Positions 1-47,947 of a stretch of 64,000 nucleotides of DNA are shown here, in pieces. This stretch comes from Ostrea edulis. Taxonomy: Eukaryota. The notes beneath the pieces are model-generated. The model saw only the letters and a program-made list of their open reading frames with translations. It ran no database searches and was not told the origin of the DNA. The first letter of the stretch is position 1. Each line of letters begins with the position of its first letter. Location of the stretch: the NCBI RefSeq assembly GCF_947568905.1, contig NC_079171.1, forward strand, positions 6,820,001-6,884,000. Reading direction: 5' to 3'. Position numbers and translations under genes: made by a program.

Positions 1-2483
1 CGATTCAATTTAACATAAACCAATTATAGCTTTTTCACTGACCACCACACGTCTTCTACAAATTATTTACTGTTTTTCATTAAACTGAATATCCAGTGGC
101 CACATCGCTTACATAGACAGTAGTTTTACTATTTGATAATGACTACTCTTGGTCTTCTGTCTGTGATATAACAATTTTGGGTTAATTATACTTTTGCAAA
201 GTGTGCTATTTAAATTTCTATATAAACTAAAGTTTCAATTTTTGTATTCCGAAACACAAACACAATGCATTTTGATTCATTTTTAAAAGTGGGTTGATTT
301 TGTGTCAAATTCAACACAAATTGAAGAACAATAAAGTGTGTAATATTTCCCCATGTACATTGTCACAATGCAGGGTATGGAGGAAAAAGCATGAGTATGG
401 ATGCAGACGTTACAACCTGCACGTTGTTCATGAAGAAAAAAATATGGTGAAGAGATTAAACATCAAAAGGACTAATTTCATTGTTCTAAATGTTTCCACA
501 ACTCTGTATTTTGTATTCCTTGTAGGAATTATGAAATTGATCAGTGTTCGTTATCATGAACATTAATGCTAAAAAGAAGTAATGACTGTTATGCTGAAGT
601 ACCAGTAGGAAAGTGAACATGCCCTTGTACATAAAAAAGATGTAAACACTCCTCTTTAATACACTGTAGATTGTAGAATTATACAAACATTATCAAATTA
701 TAATAAAGTGTTGTACAAAATGTTAAGGTTCCATTAGGTCAACGAGGAGAAGTGTTAACATGCTATACGAGACATACTTCCGGGTTGATGTTCATCAGTG
801 TAAACAAAACCCTGCACAGACGAAGAGTTGTTCCTCTTTGAACTAGTCGGTGGTGAATTCTTGTATTTTCAAATCCGAAAACTATTATGGATTTATGAAT
901 AAGGATGATGATTAAAGTTTCGTCTAAGTCAGACAAGGTTCAGTTCTAAGAAGTTATATTCCAATTTCTAACCTTCAACAACATGCTGATCACTGTTTGC
1001 TATCTTCACTTTTCCTTTTGAAACATGCCGATATGAATGATACGGGCATAGACTAACATTTTAAAACCGGTGGCGGATCTAGTAGAGGTGATGGGGCAGC
1101 AAAATCCTTCGGTTGAACGTTAATAAACATTATACGTCATTGGTGTTTTCAATCCTTTTTTGGGTGGAATGGGTACACGATTGATTAGCAACCTATACCG
1201 GAACATCATTGAGGATTTGACCCAACTATATTTTGTCGACTACATCCAAATCAGACCAGATGTGTACTAGTTCTGAAGTTTAAGATTTCATCGAATTTTA
1301 GTGACATTAACAAATTCTTACAGACACAGAATGCTAAGGTTTGTATCAGGGGGATGAGGTTGAAGAAGAAAAAAACCCTACGAAATGTAACCCACCTATG
1401 CATTGAAATTAGCCCTGTTCCGAACCTTTATTTGTAAATTATAGTGAGGTGCTGTGTAACTTATAGGGGTACTGTGATGATAACACCGCGTCATTTTTAA
1501 TGAATATAAAATAAAATCATAGTACACTACAGGCACCGATGTCTAAAGATAAACGTATGTATATATCAGGGATAAGTTTTAAATATAGAGCTGTTATAGG
1601 ACATTCCTACAATTATTCTTGACATTTGACTCACAGACTGATTAGCGCAAACACTATTATGCATATTTATATATAGTTTCTGAGGAAATTGTCAAACACT
1701 GTATTTATCATATGCAATATTTGATAACCTTGGGTTTTTTTTTCCAGCTGAATGCAGACTGGTACATTTGTTATCATTCAGACAGCGTAGTCCTAGGTTT
1801 ATATCTTGTCAGAGCCAGTTCATCGATACATCAGATGGGAATTATATGTTTTATTCACTATTGTTATTATATCTGTTCATCATTGGGTCAAATGCTGTCT
1901 GACAAATATCACACCGATTGTTAGGCCGTTCTTGGCAGAATGAGTTTGACTACAAATAACTAAGTTTACCTGATCAAGATATACGGCTAATGGCGGGTAT
2001 AACCGGTGAACAGGGGATGGTTACTTACCCTAGACACCTGACCCCGCCTTTGGTATATATAGGAGTCTGTGTTTGCTCATATATCTAGTTTGTATTGCTT
2101 ATAGGAGTTATCAGATTGATCAATGTGCATTATCTCCATCTTTCATTGGCCCATAAGAGAATTGGTAGGCCGTCCAGGATAAAGAATTGTCGCATTTATC
2201 AAAATCTGCATTTAGCATTTAATACATGATTGATTGAATTTTATAATAAAGTTAGCAGAAACAAATGTTTTCAGTCTCGAATGTCCGTGAGTCGCCAACC
2301 TTTCAGGTTTTTTATACTTTGAAAAAAGATGAGATAATTATACGAGATGTAGACTTCTTCTATAAAAAAAAAAATACTCCAATATATGAAATCTAATATT
2401 ACAGAAAATCGATTAAGGAAGACAATGTTGAAAGATATGCTATTTTTCAACAAATACGTGGACAAATAAAAGGACATAATTTT
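1..2483. repeat. Copy 1 of a local segmental duplication (second copy 3936-6401; offset 3935 bp)
   Basis: Position 1 CGATTCAATTTAACATAAACCAAT matches 3936 CGATTTAATTTAACATAAACCAAT. The copies stay colinear with scattered SNPs and indels until about 2430/6401. Confidence 0.95.
1866..2146 (+). mobile_element. 5'-truncated Penelope-like element 3' end (RT C-terminus + 3' module); duplicated at ~5810-6113
   Basis: Encodes ..SSLGQMLSDKYHTDC*, followed by the family's conserved 3' module ending TATCTCCATCTTTCA. Confidence 0.8.
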
Positions 2484-2645
2484 NNNNNNNNNNNNNNNNN
2501 NNNNNNNNNNNNNNNNNNNNNNNNNNNNNNNNNNNNNNNNNNNNNNNNNNNNNNNNNNNNNNNNNNNNNNNNNNNNNNNNNNNNNNNNNNNNNNNNNNNN
2601 NNNNNNNNNNNNNNNNNNNNNNNNNNNNNNNNNNNNNNNNNNNNN
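2484..2645. other. Assembly gap (162 N)
   Basis: Run of N. Confidence 1.
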
Positions 2646-3935
2646 TACATCTATTTACGACATGCTGAAAGTAGCATTATATTAAAGTTCAGGTTTCTTA
2701 CAACTAAGATACACAGAAAATCGCTTGTACTTTTCAATACACACTACAGGGTAATTCCAAAGTATGCGAATTCTATTTAGCCATTTATATTTTATATACA
2801 GTACTAATTAAACAAATCTGCAAGAAATGGGTAATCAAAGCGGTTCTAGATTTTAATCATTTTTTGTCACAAACAGGAACTATGTATAGCATTACAACGT
2901 TCTAATTTCCTCTTTCAAAAAGTCAAATCTGTAGTGATAAGATATTAATATCCTCCTAAATAGGGTCCTATTATTAATGTAGTGACATGTTTTTATCAAA
3001 AGGCACATAACTGTACACAAAGACGTGCGCAGTAACACGAAATAACCGAGTGGGTTTAAAGTACAGGATGTCATTAGGGAAATCATCTTCTTCATTTGAA
3101 TATTTTCTATCAGGTGACAAAATGTGGGACATCTCACAAAGTTATTACAATTTTGACAATGTCTAAGATGTTTGTTTACATATGTACATTAATGTGAAGG
3201 ATTATCCGCGAGTTATATACGCTCAGATATACTCATTTTGATCGGGGCGGTCTATATGTTCTCTGTGTTAAATTAAGTTACTCATTCAACCAAATTCCTG
3301 AATGAAAAGCAAACTATCATATTGATGATAAGGTAAACTGTATTATCATTTATCCTGAACCTGTAGTACTTACATTACAACAGACACGTAAACCACAATG
3401 GTTACCCATATCATCACGTTAATGGCAAACTATGTTGTGGGGATAAAAAATAATTTGAGGTAGTGTGCGTTTGTTTAATACACTTTATATCCTTATAATA
3501 CGGTTTGCTACTAACTTATAATGTGTATGTCATATTTGATTTCACAAAATTTCCAAACTGATTGTTTTTTTCTGCTTGAATTTTTAAAACGCAGTAATGC
3601 AATTTCATGGCGCTAAGTTCGTACTTGCATTCTATTTTTTTTTCAATTAATCAGATTCGGTATTTGAAGTTCAGTCACTGATAACATACCTTTTTCTTAA
3701 GCTGTGCTGCCTCTATAAGATTGGAAAATTCTCAAATGGGGTAGAAAAGAACAACCTAATCATGGAGTCCATGGCCTGTTTTGAACGCATTCCATTGCTG
3801 TATCTTGAAAAATTGTGCAACATTCCTTTCCCTTGACAAAGCATGAAGTACGTAATCAGTAGAAATAGAATGCTTTGTTAGTGTAACAAGTGTTTTTTCC
3901 TACTTCGATATATATAAAATAAAAAATCATAACAT

Positions 3936-6401
3936 CGATTTAATTTAACATAAACCAATGATAGCTTTTTCACCGACCACCACACGTCTTCTACAAATTA
4001 TTTACTGTTTTTCATTAAACTGAATATCCAGTGGCCACGTCGCTTACATAGACAGGAGTTTTACTATTTGGTAATGACTACTTTTGGTCTTCTGTCTGTG
4101 ATATAACATTTTTGGGTTAATTATACTTTAGCAAAGTGTGCTATTTAAATTCCTATATAAACTAAAGTTTCAATGTTTTTATTCTGAAACACAAACACAA
4201 TGCATTTTAATTTATTTTTAAAAGTGGGTTGATTTTGTGTCAAATTCAACACAAATTGAAGAACAATAAAGTGTGTAATGTTTCCCCATGTACATTGTCA
4301 CAATGCAGGATATGGAGGAAAAAACATGAATATGGATGCAGACGTTACAACCTGCACGTTGTTCATGAAGAAAAAAATATGGTGAAGATTGAACATCTAA
4401 AGGACCAATTTCATTGTTCTAAATGTTTCCACAACTCTGTATTTTGTATTCCTTGTAGGAATTATGAGATTGATCAGTGTTCGTTATCATGAACATTAAT
4501 GCTAAAAAGAAGCAACGACTGTTATGCTGAAGTACCAGTAGGAAAGTGAACATACCCTTGTACATAGGAAAGATGTAAACACTCCTCTTTAATACATTGT
4601 AGATTGTAGAATTATACAAACATTATCAAATTATAATAAAGTGTTGTACAAAATGCTAAGGTCCCATTAGGTCAACAAGGAGAAGTGTTTACATGCTATA
4701 CGAGACATACTTCCGGGTTGATGTTTATCAGTGTAAACAAAACCCTTCACCGACGAAGAGTTGTTCCTCTTTGAACTAGTCGGTGGTGAATTCTTGTATT
4801 TTCAAATCCGAAAACTGATATGGATTTATGAATAAGGATGATGATTAAAGTTTCGTCTAAGTCAGACAAGGTTCAATTCTAAGAAGTTATATTCCAATTT
4901 CTAACCTTCAACAACATGCCGATCACCGTTTGCTATTTCCACCTTTCATTTTGCAACATGCCGATATCAATGATAAGGGCATACACTAACATTTTAAAAC
5001 CGGTAGCGAATCTAGTAGAGGTGATGGGACAGCAAAATCCTTCGGTTGAACGTTAATAAACATTATACGTCATTGGTGTTTTCAATCCTGTTTTGGGTGG
5101 AATGGGTACACGATTGATTAGCAACCTCTACCGGGACATTATTTAGGATTTGACCCAACATGTCGACTGCCTCCAAATCCAGTATACCTGAGGTATACTA
5201 ATTCTGAAGTTTAATATTTCATCGAATTTTAGTGACATGAACAAATTCTTAACACTACTACAGACACAAAATGCTAAGATTTGTATCATGGGAAGGGGGT
5301 TGAACAAAAATCACCTATGAAATATGTCCAACCTATGTATTGAAACTAACCCCGTTCCGAACCTTTATTTGTAAATTATAGTGAGGTGTTTTGTAACTTA
5401 TGGGGGTACTGTGATGATAACACTGCGCCATTTTTAATGAATATAAAATAAAATCATAGTACACTACAGGCACCGATGTCTAAAGATAAACTTATGTATA
5501 TATCAGGGATAAGTTTTAAATATATAACTGTTATAGGACATTCCTTCAATAAAGTTTTGACATTTGACTCACAAACTTATTGAAAGTGCAAATCACTATT
5601 ACGTTTACTTTGTATATAGTTTCTGAGGAAATTGTCAAACACACTGTATTTATGATATGCAATAGTTGATGAACCTGGTTTTTATTTCACAGCTTAATGC
5701 AGACAGGTGCATTTGTTATCATTGAGACAGTGTATTCGTAGGTCTAGATCTTGTCAGAGCCAGTGCATCTATACATCAGATGGAAATTATGTTTTATTCA
5801 CCTTTTTTATTCTATCTGTTCATCATTTGGTCTGACGAATACCATACTGATTGTTAGGCCGGACTTGGCACAATGAGTTTGACTATTGGTAACTTCGTAC
5901 ATTATATCTCTAGTGCATTATTGTTGTGTTTTTTTTCACGATAGCTAAGTTTACCTGATCAAGATATAGGACCCACGGCGGGGATAGTTACTTACCCTAG
6001 ACACCTGACCCCACCTTTGGTATATCTAGGAGTCTGTGTTTGCTCATATCTCTAGTTTGTATTGCTTATAAGAGTTATGCGATTGATCACTGTGCGTTAT
6101 CTCCATCTTTCATTGATCCATATGAGAATTGGTAGGTTGTCCAGGATAAAAAAAAAATTGTCACATTAATCAAAATCTGCATTTAGCTTTAATACATGAT
6201 TGATTGGATTTTATAATAAAGTTAGCAGAAACAAATGTTTTCAGTCTCAAATGTTCGTGAGCCGCCAACCGTTCAGGTTTTTGATACTTTGAAAAAGGAT
6301 GAGTTAAATTTACTAGGTTTATACTTCTTCTAAAAAACAAGCACTCCAATATATTAAATCTAAGGTTACAGAAAAACGTTTAAGGAAGAAAATGTTGAAA
6401 G
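3936..6401. repeat. Copy 2 of the local segmental duplication
   Basis: Colinear with about 1-2430; similarity ends where a fragment of the 350-nt repeat family begins (~6405). Confidence 0.95.
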
Positions 6402-6404
6402 AAA

Positions 6405-6635
6405 GAGTAAGGTGGACTCTTAGTCCCCGATGATATCTACAGCCCGGTAGTTAAGTACTTTGTTACTAGCTTGAAAATACGGACGTATATTAAATCGACG
6501 TGATAACATTTAGAAATTCATTTCAAAATTAAGGAATTTCTCCCTCATACATAGCTCTTATCCTTTGACGAATTTGACTCCGCTTTTTTGGCATTCTGTT
6601 TTTCCCTAAAATAGCTCTTAGGGCTTACAAGTTTC
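6405..6635 (+). mobile_element. Partial unit of the ~350-nt hammerhead-associated repeat (ribozyme part missing)
   Basis: GGTGGACTCTTAGTCCCCG...TTACTAGCTTGAAAATACGG...ATTCATTTCAAAATTAAGG matches the units at 29160-29390 and 48175-48525. Confidence 0.8.
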
Positions 6636-7199
6636 CCTGGATATATCAGCGGTGGGATCATGTGCCTAGGAGGAGTGAACATTCCCTGTCTATACGACGA
6701 AATCCATGATGTAATTCGTGATGAATATTTTATCCCATTCCAAATGCTAATTTAAACTAAAAGTCAAGCAATCATCTTAATAGATACATTAATAATAAGT
6801 GAATACAGAGCAACATGAAAACTGTGTTAGATGTTTTCCGTAGTGCAAACGCACTTGACGCATATCTTTAATGGATTTATCTTTACTACTGTTCATGTTT
6901 GTGTTACAATAAAAGAAAATAATGAATTCACCATTTTTGTTGTAGCAAGAAAATAGCGTGGTAAAAACAGATGTGTATTGAAACTACGTTAACGTGTGTG
7001 ATTGCGAGTCAGTATTTGCAATAGAACAGATATATGCAATAAAATGCGTAATTGCGGGGATGCGGGTTTAGATAAGTGTACATTACCCGGGGATTGATTC
7101 CTGTATTTCACAGTGGTAGTGAATATGGCGGGTACAGCTGAACTATATGAATATATCTCAAGTCCGCCACACATCAACACTGATATTATTTCATATATT

Positions 7200-7550
7200 C
7201 TTCCCAATATATCAAATTTTCTGTTTCAAAAATCCCTCACAATATATTAAAATATATGATTTTTTCATAGATCTGGCGCAATATATCAACTTTTTCGCGT
7301 GATTACCCCACAGATCCGCCCCAGTATATTAACATATCTGACTGACTCTTTCACAGATCCACCCCAAAGATATCAACTCCTCTATGTATTTATTTCACTG
7401 ATCTGCCCCTATATATAATGATATCTGTTTGAATATCTCACAAACCTTTCTAAATATATAGACTTTTATGTGCTTGTATTTCACGAATCCGCCTCAACAT
7501 ATCAACTTCTCTATGGGCTTTTTCTCTCTCACAAATCCGCCTCAATATAT
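7200..7550. repeat. Degenerate minisatellite, unit about 40 bp
   Basis: Recurrent TTTCACAGATCCGCCCCAATATATCAAC-like units. Confidence 0.7.
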
Positions 7551-7562
7551 TGATTGAATGAT

Positions 7563-7695
7563 TGTTTTTTATTTGTGGAAGAGAAAACCGAGATATAATG
7601 TATCTTGGAAGAGACCACCGACCCCCGCAAGTAAAATGGGAAACTTTTCGGCTTACCAGGACGAGCGGGAACCCGCGCCGACCAGAGATGAGAAA
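7563..7695 (-). mobile_element. Fragment of the tRNA-derived SINE found full-length at 13585
   Basis: Reverse complement matches the body of 13630-13765 (GTCGGCGCGGGTTCC...AAAGTTTCCC..GGTCGGTGGTCTCTT..TTCCACAAATAAAAA). Confidence 0.8.
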
Positions 7696-10600
7696 CCCTG
7701 TCTCAATATATCAAATCAAGTGGGAGTCTTGGTTGGAATAAGTCGTCAGTATCCCATGGTTATCATATGAGGTGACTAAATGGGATGATCCTTTGGATGA
7801 GACGACAGATACTGAGGCCCCGTGTCATAGTAAGTGTCCCAAGATGAAAATCCTTCCCTGCTCAAATATCATAGGCGCGGGGCATAGGCCTAAACTTTGC
7901 AGCCCTCATCGTGTGTACATACTGACAGGAACAAATTTTGTATCGCATCTATTCCCCTTTAATATTCGTAGACATTAACTAAAGACAATTCCAGACATGT
8001 TGCTTAAGATATGTCCCTATATAGATGGGAATGTTTTTAAACATCAAGTATGTGTAATAGAGTGCAGTCATACTCCCCACTCCAACCATTTTGTCCGATG
8101 AATTGTTTACTCTCAGGATGTTTTACAAGAGAAAAAATATCAATTTCTCTGTTTCTATTTTACAGAGCCGCCTCAATAATTCACATTTCGCTGTGTATAT
8201 TTCATAAATTAACATGCAACAAATCCCCACCGGCCCCCAATCATATTCTTACTAAATAAGATACGCAAAATGGGCGATCGTTTTTAGTTGATCGAAAGGA
8301 TGTCATTTTTATTTAATTTTTACATGGTAAAACACGTGTTTCCACAGCTACCGTATATCACTGCTATGAAATACACAAGCAGACAAAGTAAATAGTTTTG
8401 ATAATTCATTAAATTTAGTGACGTATCCCCATAAGAGAAGAATTATCAAGTGACACTTCAAACATCTCGAACATGTACAAGCAAAATTGACTGGTTACTC
8501 CCCTTTTATCTCCAATTTCAAATTGAATGCACAAGGCTGTCTCGTTGAGATCAATATATTAGAATTAGGGATGTACATAAAATCATTTAAATAGATGTAA
8601 TGAAGGCATGGGGAGTATTTAGTTTGTAAATATAAACGGAGTATTTTGTGTTGAAAACTTAAGGAGATAATCAAGGAGATAATTTGCCATTATTACATAT
8701 TTCATGCCCATCAATGTCAGAATGCCTTCTCATCGTGTGTCTTATCTGTTAATCAATCCATTGCTGTTGTGTAATCGTTGAGAATTTAAATGGACAGAAT
8801 TACATTTTCATCCCGAGCGATAATGAATAGACCGTTGTGTTTAAACACCTTGAATTACGACACACTAAGAAAGATTTTACACTCTACAGGGTAAAAAATA
8901 TTGCAAATCTAGAGAGCGTTTGTCTGCATTTCCTATTATTGCTTGTTTTGGTGACAAATTTCTGTTTTTCGTTTTTTGTTCGAAAATCAAATAGCATTTT
9001 GGGGGATTGAATGTCTTCATTTTCTATTGACTATTAACTTGAATAGGTATAATAATTGATTTTGTATGTTTTCCAATATTCATTAAAATGAAAATGTAAA
9101 AGTACACACTTCTACAGTTCATCTAAGATGTATAATCGGTTCAAACAGTTGTCATGTTCAACTGAAAAGAAACATATCTGACAACTCTGAAGAAATTAGT
9201 ATGTGTGTGTGCACTTTTATTAGTCAAACATTAAGCATAAATTGCATGAAAAAGTGAAGACAATGAACAGTGATAAATCTCATAAACACAAAATGCAGAT
9301 AAGGGCAGATACGGAACCGCGGATACTCCAGAGGGTTCATCGTTTGGTCCCTCACATCAGCCTTGAACCCTGTATCTTCATCAGGTAAACGAAGTTATAA
9401 TTCTGACGAATATATTCCTGTTCTGACGGTGTGAAGTAAAATTTCTAACTTGGCATTGTCTTGATCCGAGTCCTATGTCAGAGTCGTTTCCCCATGTCCA
9501 TAATTATCAGCTTACACTATTTTATTGTTGTTTCTTACCTTTGAAGACCTCCCAATATCAAAATACGCCTGCATCATGAATCATTGAATCGTAATAATTT
9601 CAACCATATCATAAAGAAATACGCAAATGTACAAACATGATAATCGGAACATAATGCATTGCTTACCACAGTTACATTATAAAATTGTAAAATATATGCA
9701 GCTTATTAATGAATAAGAATACAGTTAAGATGATTCAATTCTATAAGTAAATTGTGTTCTTTTCACCATATGAAGTATTTCCAATCAGGAACTTTTTGAC
9801 GCGCTCTGCGATTTTATGCATATGATATTAGTTTCCGACATCTGAGACACATATGAAAATTAATATTTTTTTAAAGAGCAGTTGATATAAGAAAAAACAT
9901 ATATATATATAAAAAGAAAAAGATGGGGATGCATGGGTTTATCTATTCATGCTTTGTTTTGTTTGATTGTAGTAGATACATTAACTTCCTAAATCGTCAG
10001 GGACAATCTAATTTCCTTTGGTGTTCAAATGTTGAAATATATAACTCCACACACATTTCCCCCCACTGTTTTTGGTGTTCCGAAAGCATGGGCATGAATT
10101 ACATCCTTACTATAAATTATATCCATTTTACTTATAGAAAGATACATTAATTTTCAATTTTGTTACAGTCTAACAAAAGGGTTATTTTTAGCTCGTGGCA
10201 TTGAAATATACTAGTAAGTTTATAATCAGAACGACTGTGGATTTCGAGTCTTACATTCAATATTGTACACGTTGACAAATTGAATGTTCTTGAAGGTTTT
10301 CATCTTTGAAAACACACACAGTTTTCTACAACATATTAATCTCGTACACGAGAAATATTTATATTCAAAAATATTGAATATAATGCAATGTATTAAGGCA
10401 GATATAGGTCCCAAGGATATTTCCCTCATCCCATCAAGATCTAGAATGAGATATATTATGACAGATTATGACAGTTGTATAGAAACATTCAAATCAGAAC
10501 ACAACCAAATCTCGTCAAAATGTCGTGATTTCAACGACACTGTGGGAGAGAATCAAATTTCAAGCATTACAGTTTACACACGTCTGTAACATGGGTACAG

Positions 10601-13584
10601 GCGGGAAAGTACGCACACCCAGTGATCCTCGGTATGAATGACATATCCTGACTCGGACCTGAAACTACACACAATACATATATTAATTAAGTGTTTAACT
10701 GTTATTACGTAAGACATCCAACTGACGCCCTATTAGAGGCTGTTTCTATGACATATCGGATTTTACGAACCATCACCTGCCTTTATCGAACCTCAAAACC
10801 CATCCACCTCGATGTAAAATTGTTTTCTTATAAGGATACCTTTCAGATGTTTTTATTGATCAAAAACAAATGGTTTTAATACACTGTATAAATGGCATTC
10901 ACGAATTTGCATCGCCATTTAGTTTTTTTGACAGTTCTTATGTTAGATATGAGTGGCAGTTTTTGAAAATGTCCCTCGCTGAATTAATTAGAGATTATAG
11001 AGATTAGATATCAGCTATATCTTCACTCATAAGATGGCTTGATATCAATCGCCGAATATGTTCCCGTTTTATTGAAGAAACATTTATGCAATTAACCTAG
11101 GTACCATGGACAATAGAATATCTTCATATGAACGCTTATCCTGTCAACACTGACCCTAAACATGCATATCACCTTGTTTTACATTTCAGTCCAGTTATGT
11201 TTTGAACGATGTATGTAGTCAACGAATAAGGAGTTACATCAAACATTTGGTTTTAGTGATCGTCAACGTACATTATTTGTGTTCAATTTGAAATTTATAG
11301 TAGTTTAAAAGTAATGAAACAGATATGCATATATTCAACTACTTTGTCAGCTAATGAGATTTAAAAAATCATTAAGTATTCATTCATTTGTCAGTTTACA
11401 TGTGCACCAAATACCATTTACATGAAAGAAGGAGTATAATTCAAATTTCAATACCTCCTGATAAAAAGGTATTTTCGAATTATGCCAAATTGAATATATA
11501 TATTCAATATATAACAAATTGAATTATATCAATATCATTACATATATATAGAAGAAATGAAAATAACAAACACTGAATAATCTCGTTATTTCTAAAAAAG
11601 ATACAAAATTAAGAAAAGGGCAAACAGTGACCCTGGACACACCAGTGGTGGATTCAAGTGACAAGAAGTAAGTATCACGAACCACACCCGTTGCGAGTCC
11701 TGTATTCCGATCGAACAAACGGACCAATTTGCAGTCAAAGTCAGTATGTAAATTTTATCTAACAATTGTGATGAAACATGTCTGGCAGCATTCAATGCAG
11801 TCATAAATTATATTTGCAAATAAGATCCTTATAACGACTATACAATTTGCGAAATGCAGACATTATTTAAACAAGACTATTGGAACTCCAGTAACATAAC
11901 TTATTTATGTAACAGGGGACAGTTTCACACTATAGGCCCGGTCAACTTTTTCAAAAAGTGGAACTACCCCATATTTGAAGTGATATTGCATGTGTAAAAA
12001 TGTATACAATAATTTTAGGATGCACGTCAAATGTAGCTGAGTGCCTAATAAAAATATTGATATACAACATGTAGGTGTCACCATGATTCCTAGCATATAG
12101 ATGGGTGCAAATACGAAATTAAGACACGTAGTCAGTTGCTGAAGAAATTCCGGTGATAATGTGCAGTGTCCAGCAAAAGGTCTGTAGCTGTGAGGGGAGA
12201 TGGATGGCCCCATATGAGAGGTAGATTTTTGAGAAGGGCAGATAGGGTTCTTGATTGTGCACAGTGTCTAATCCCCATGTTTGGTACTGTGATGGTGTGG
12301 GGGTGGTGCGGATTAGCCCAAATGAGAGAAAATCGAGGCAAAAAAGGGGAACCTGCTCAGAGCATGCTTTGTGCACCAGCACCAGTATTTACAGATGACA
12401 TGCAATTTAGGGTCATAATTTATTAACTACACTAATAAGAAATACAGGTATTGACATAAAAGGGAAATATGATTTTGCATTAGTCTGTCTTAATCTGACT
12501 TTGGTGTATACCCCCTATCCACATGTTTCAAAACCAAAGAAACTGTTCGCTGCCACCTTACCAGTTGGCTGTTTCGATTTTTAAAATGATCATACACAGA
12601 GCATGTGTTCGCGCATCGAATCAGTCGAGAAAGGTGAACATAACGAACAGTGATATATTTTATAACTCGTGTAAGCAAAGCAAACCAGAAAGTTAAGCAA
12701 ATGCACACCCCTGAATATACAAGAGGTGGGATCAGGGGTAGGCACTGGGCTCACGGCGGGTGTGAGCGTTCAACAGGGAATGCTAACTCATCCTAGTCAC
12801 CTGATCCCGCCTTCGCTATATCCAGGGGTCTATGATTGCCCAACTCTCAATTTTGTATTATTTATGGAATGTATAAGATTGATCAATGTTTGTTATATTT
12901 ACCTCTAATAGCATGAAGAGAACCCAGGTTCATTTCTAAACAATACTGTGGTTTTCCCTGGAAAACCTTCATGATACTGTGATTTCTAAATATCGGGTTG
13001 AAAGTCACAGCAAAGAATGTTTTTCTTCCAATGCATAAGTTTTTTGAATAAATAATACCATGTACGAACGCTAAAAAGGTCAGCTGATAATAAAGCACAA
13101 ATTGTGCTGATTGATTACCAACAGACTGTTGGAAGACCTGATCACCAAAGACTATATAAATTGGTAATAACTTAGAGCTCCCGGTGAGCGTGATCGGTCA
13201 AAAGATTATATTACTATTCACCTGATCCCATCTGTTATTTCCAGTAGTCCATGTTAATCCCGCTCTTTCTTTTTATTCTTTATAGGATTTCTGAGAATGA
13301 ACACTGTTCGCTATCATTACTTTATCACTTAAAACTAGTGTAGAATTCGATAGATAAACGGTACAAATACAGAATATGCAACATGGTAAATTTTGTATAC
13401 ACTAAAACCCTGTATATCGAGGCAATGCTACGTAGCGTTATTTCCTATATTATGTAATTTATAAGACGAGATCTCATGTGTTAGAAGACTTTGTGTAATT
13501 TTCCGCACAACCCGCTGAAATTTGTAGTAAATAAAGGGACGGTATAATGCATTGTCTATCTAAACCGAAATTCAAAAAAGAAAT

Positions 13585-13830
13585 GGGGGCCTCCGTGGCC
13601 GAGTGGTTAGAACGCTCTAAATCACACGACTTCTCACCTCTGTCGGCGCGGGTTCCAATCCCACTGGCGCCGTAAGTGAGAAAGTTTCCTAGTTTACTTT
13701 CGGAAGGTCGGTGGTCTCTTTCCAGGTACATTGTATCTGGGTTCTCTCTTCCATCAATAAAAACTGGGGGTCACCATATAACTGAAAAATTGTTGAGTGT
13801 GGTAGAAAACATCGAAACAAACAAACAAAA
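13585..13830 (+). mobile_element. Full-length tRNA-derived SINE
   Basis: Pol III A box TGGCCGAGTGG (13596-13606), B box GGTTCCAATCC (13651-13661), ~170-nt non-tRNA body, (CAAA)n tail. Confidence 0.88.
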
Positions 13831-14257
13831 TAGGAAATGATACGAACATTTGAGAATGGTGAAGTTTGCAGTGTTCAGAATGTGTAATTAAAGTTTTAAT
13901 TTATACGTGATGTTAATGATTGAGTTATAAAATGAAAACGAACCATGGATTTTAAAAAAAATGGAAATTCCAAACTGTATACCCCCACAAAATGCACCAC
14001 GTGGAATATACCGCATAATGAAAATATCCAACCAAACCAAAAAGAAATAAAATTTAAAAAAATGATAAACGTCAGCACATATAGAAACAGCTATGATCGA
14101 CAGCTGTACGAACATACGAACCTTTTAAAGACCCTATTTTGAATATTGGGACTTGATTATTATTTTTTTTTCATACTTTCAAACTTAGAAGAAAAAGATA
14201 GTAACAATAGAATTCTATAACTTTAACCGGTTCATTTGACTTATTGAGCTGTGATTC

Positions 14258-14264
14258 TATAAAA
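14258..14264 (+). promoter_or_regulatory. TATA box of the astacin-kringle gene
   Basis: TATAAAA about 55 nt upstream of the signal-peptide ATG at 14317. Confidence 0.55.
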
Positions 14265-14316
14265 CGACCCACTGTCGCTAGGAAGCTTTACTCTCCCCCG
14301 AGTAGTCGACGAGAAG

Positions 14317-47559
<33,243 letters not shown>

Positions 47560-47678
47560 TGCTAAAGACTGTTTACAACCTAATGAAATGAAGAAAAAAA
47601 TCAGACTTTTGGTGTAATAATACGTTTAACATTTTCAAAAAATCAGACTTTTGATGTAATAATACGTTTAACATTTTC

Positions 47679-47684
47679 AATAAA
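47679..47684 (+). terminator. Probable polyadenylation signal of the protease gene
   Basis: AATAAA 120 nt after the stop, just after a 42-bp tandem duplication in the 3' UTR (~47595-47678). Confidence 0.5.
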
Positions 47685-47947
47685 TTATAAACCTTCTCTC
47701 TTTTTTTTGAAGGCAAGCGTTATCTTCTGATAAGGGGCAACTGTTTGATTTGGTAATCAGTGTGAAGGAAATCCAATATTATATTAATTATTAATGGAAG
47801 GCTGAAGATAACAAACAGTTATGTGACAGGTGTCCAGGGGGAATAAGTATGGCCTCTCAACCAGTCGCATCTTACGTAGACCCTATACATTCATCTTAAC
47901 ATGAACAATTTTTTGAGAAAAACTTAAATACCTTGAAGATGTCCACA

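Noticed and set aside
294-566. 90-aa ORF repeated at 4229-4492
   Set aside because: The two copies diverge by frameshift, the 3' part is a retroelement tail, and there is no recognisable domain
2974-3429. Possible two-exon minus-strand micro-gene (3414-3374 + 3106-2974; MIWVTIVVYVSVVIKYSNEEDDFPNDILYFKPT.., 57 aa)
   Set aside because: Splice sites and phase fit, but there is no homology signal and such short frames are expected by chance in AT-rich DNA; needs RNA evidence
9539-10658. Candidate minus-strand exons 10658-10582 and 9568-9539 with good splice signals
   Set aside because: No recognisable protein and no way to join them into a gene model
11905-12426. Cluster of overlapping ORFs in a GC-richer patch
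   Set aside because: No motif recognised; most likely old transposon-derived sequence
13585-13665. tRNA-like sequence with A and B boxes
   Set aside because: No closed acceptor stem or proper cloverleaf; it continues into a SINE body with a (CAAA)n tail and has a second copy at 7563-7695, so it is a SINE head
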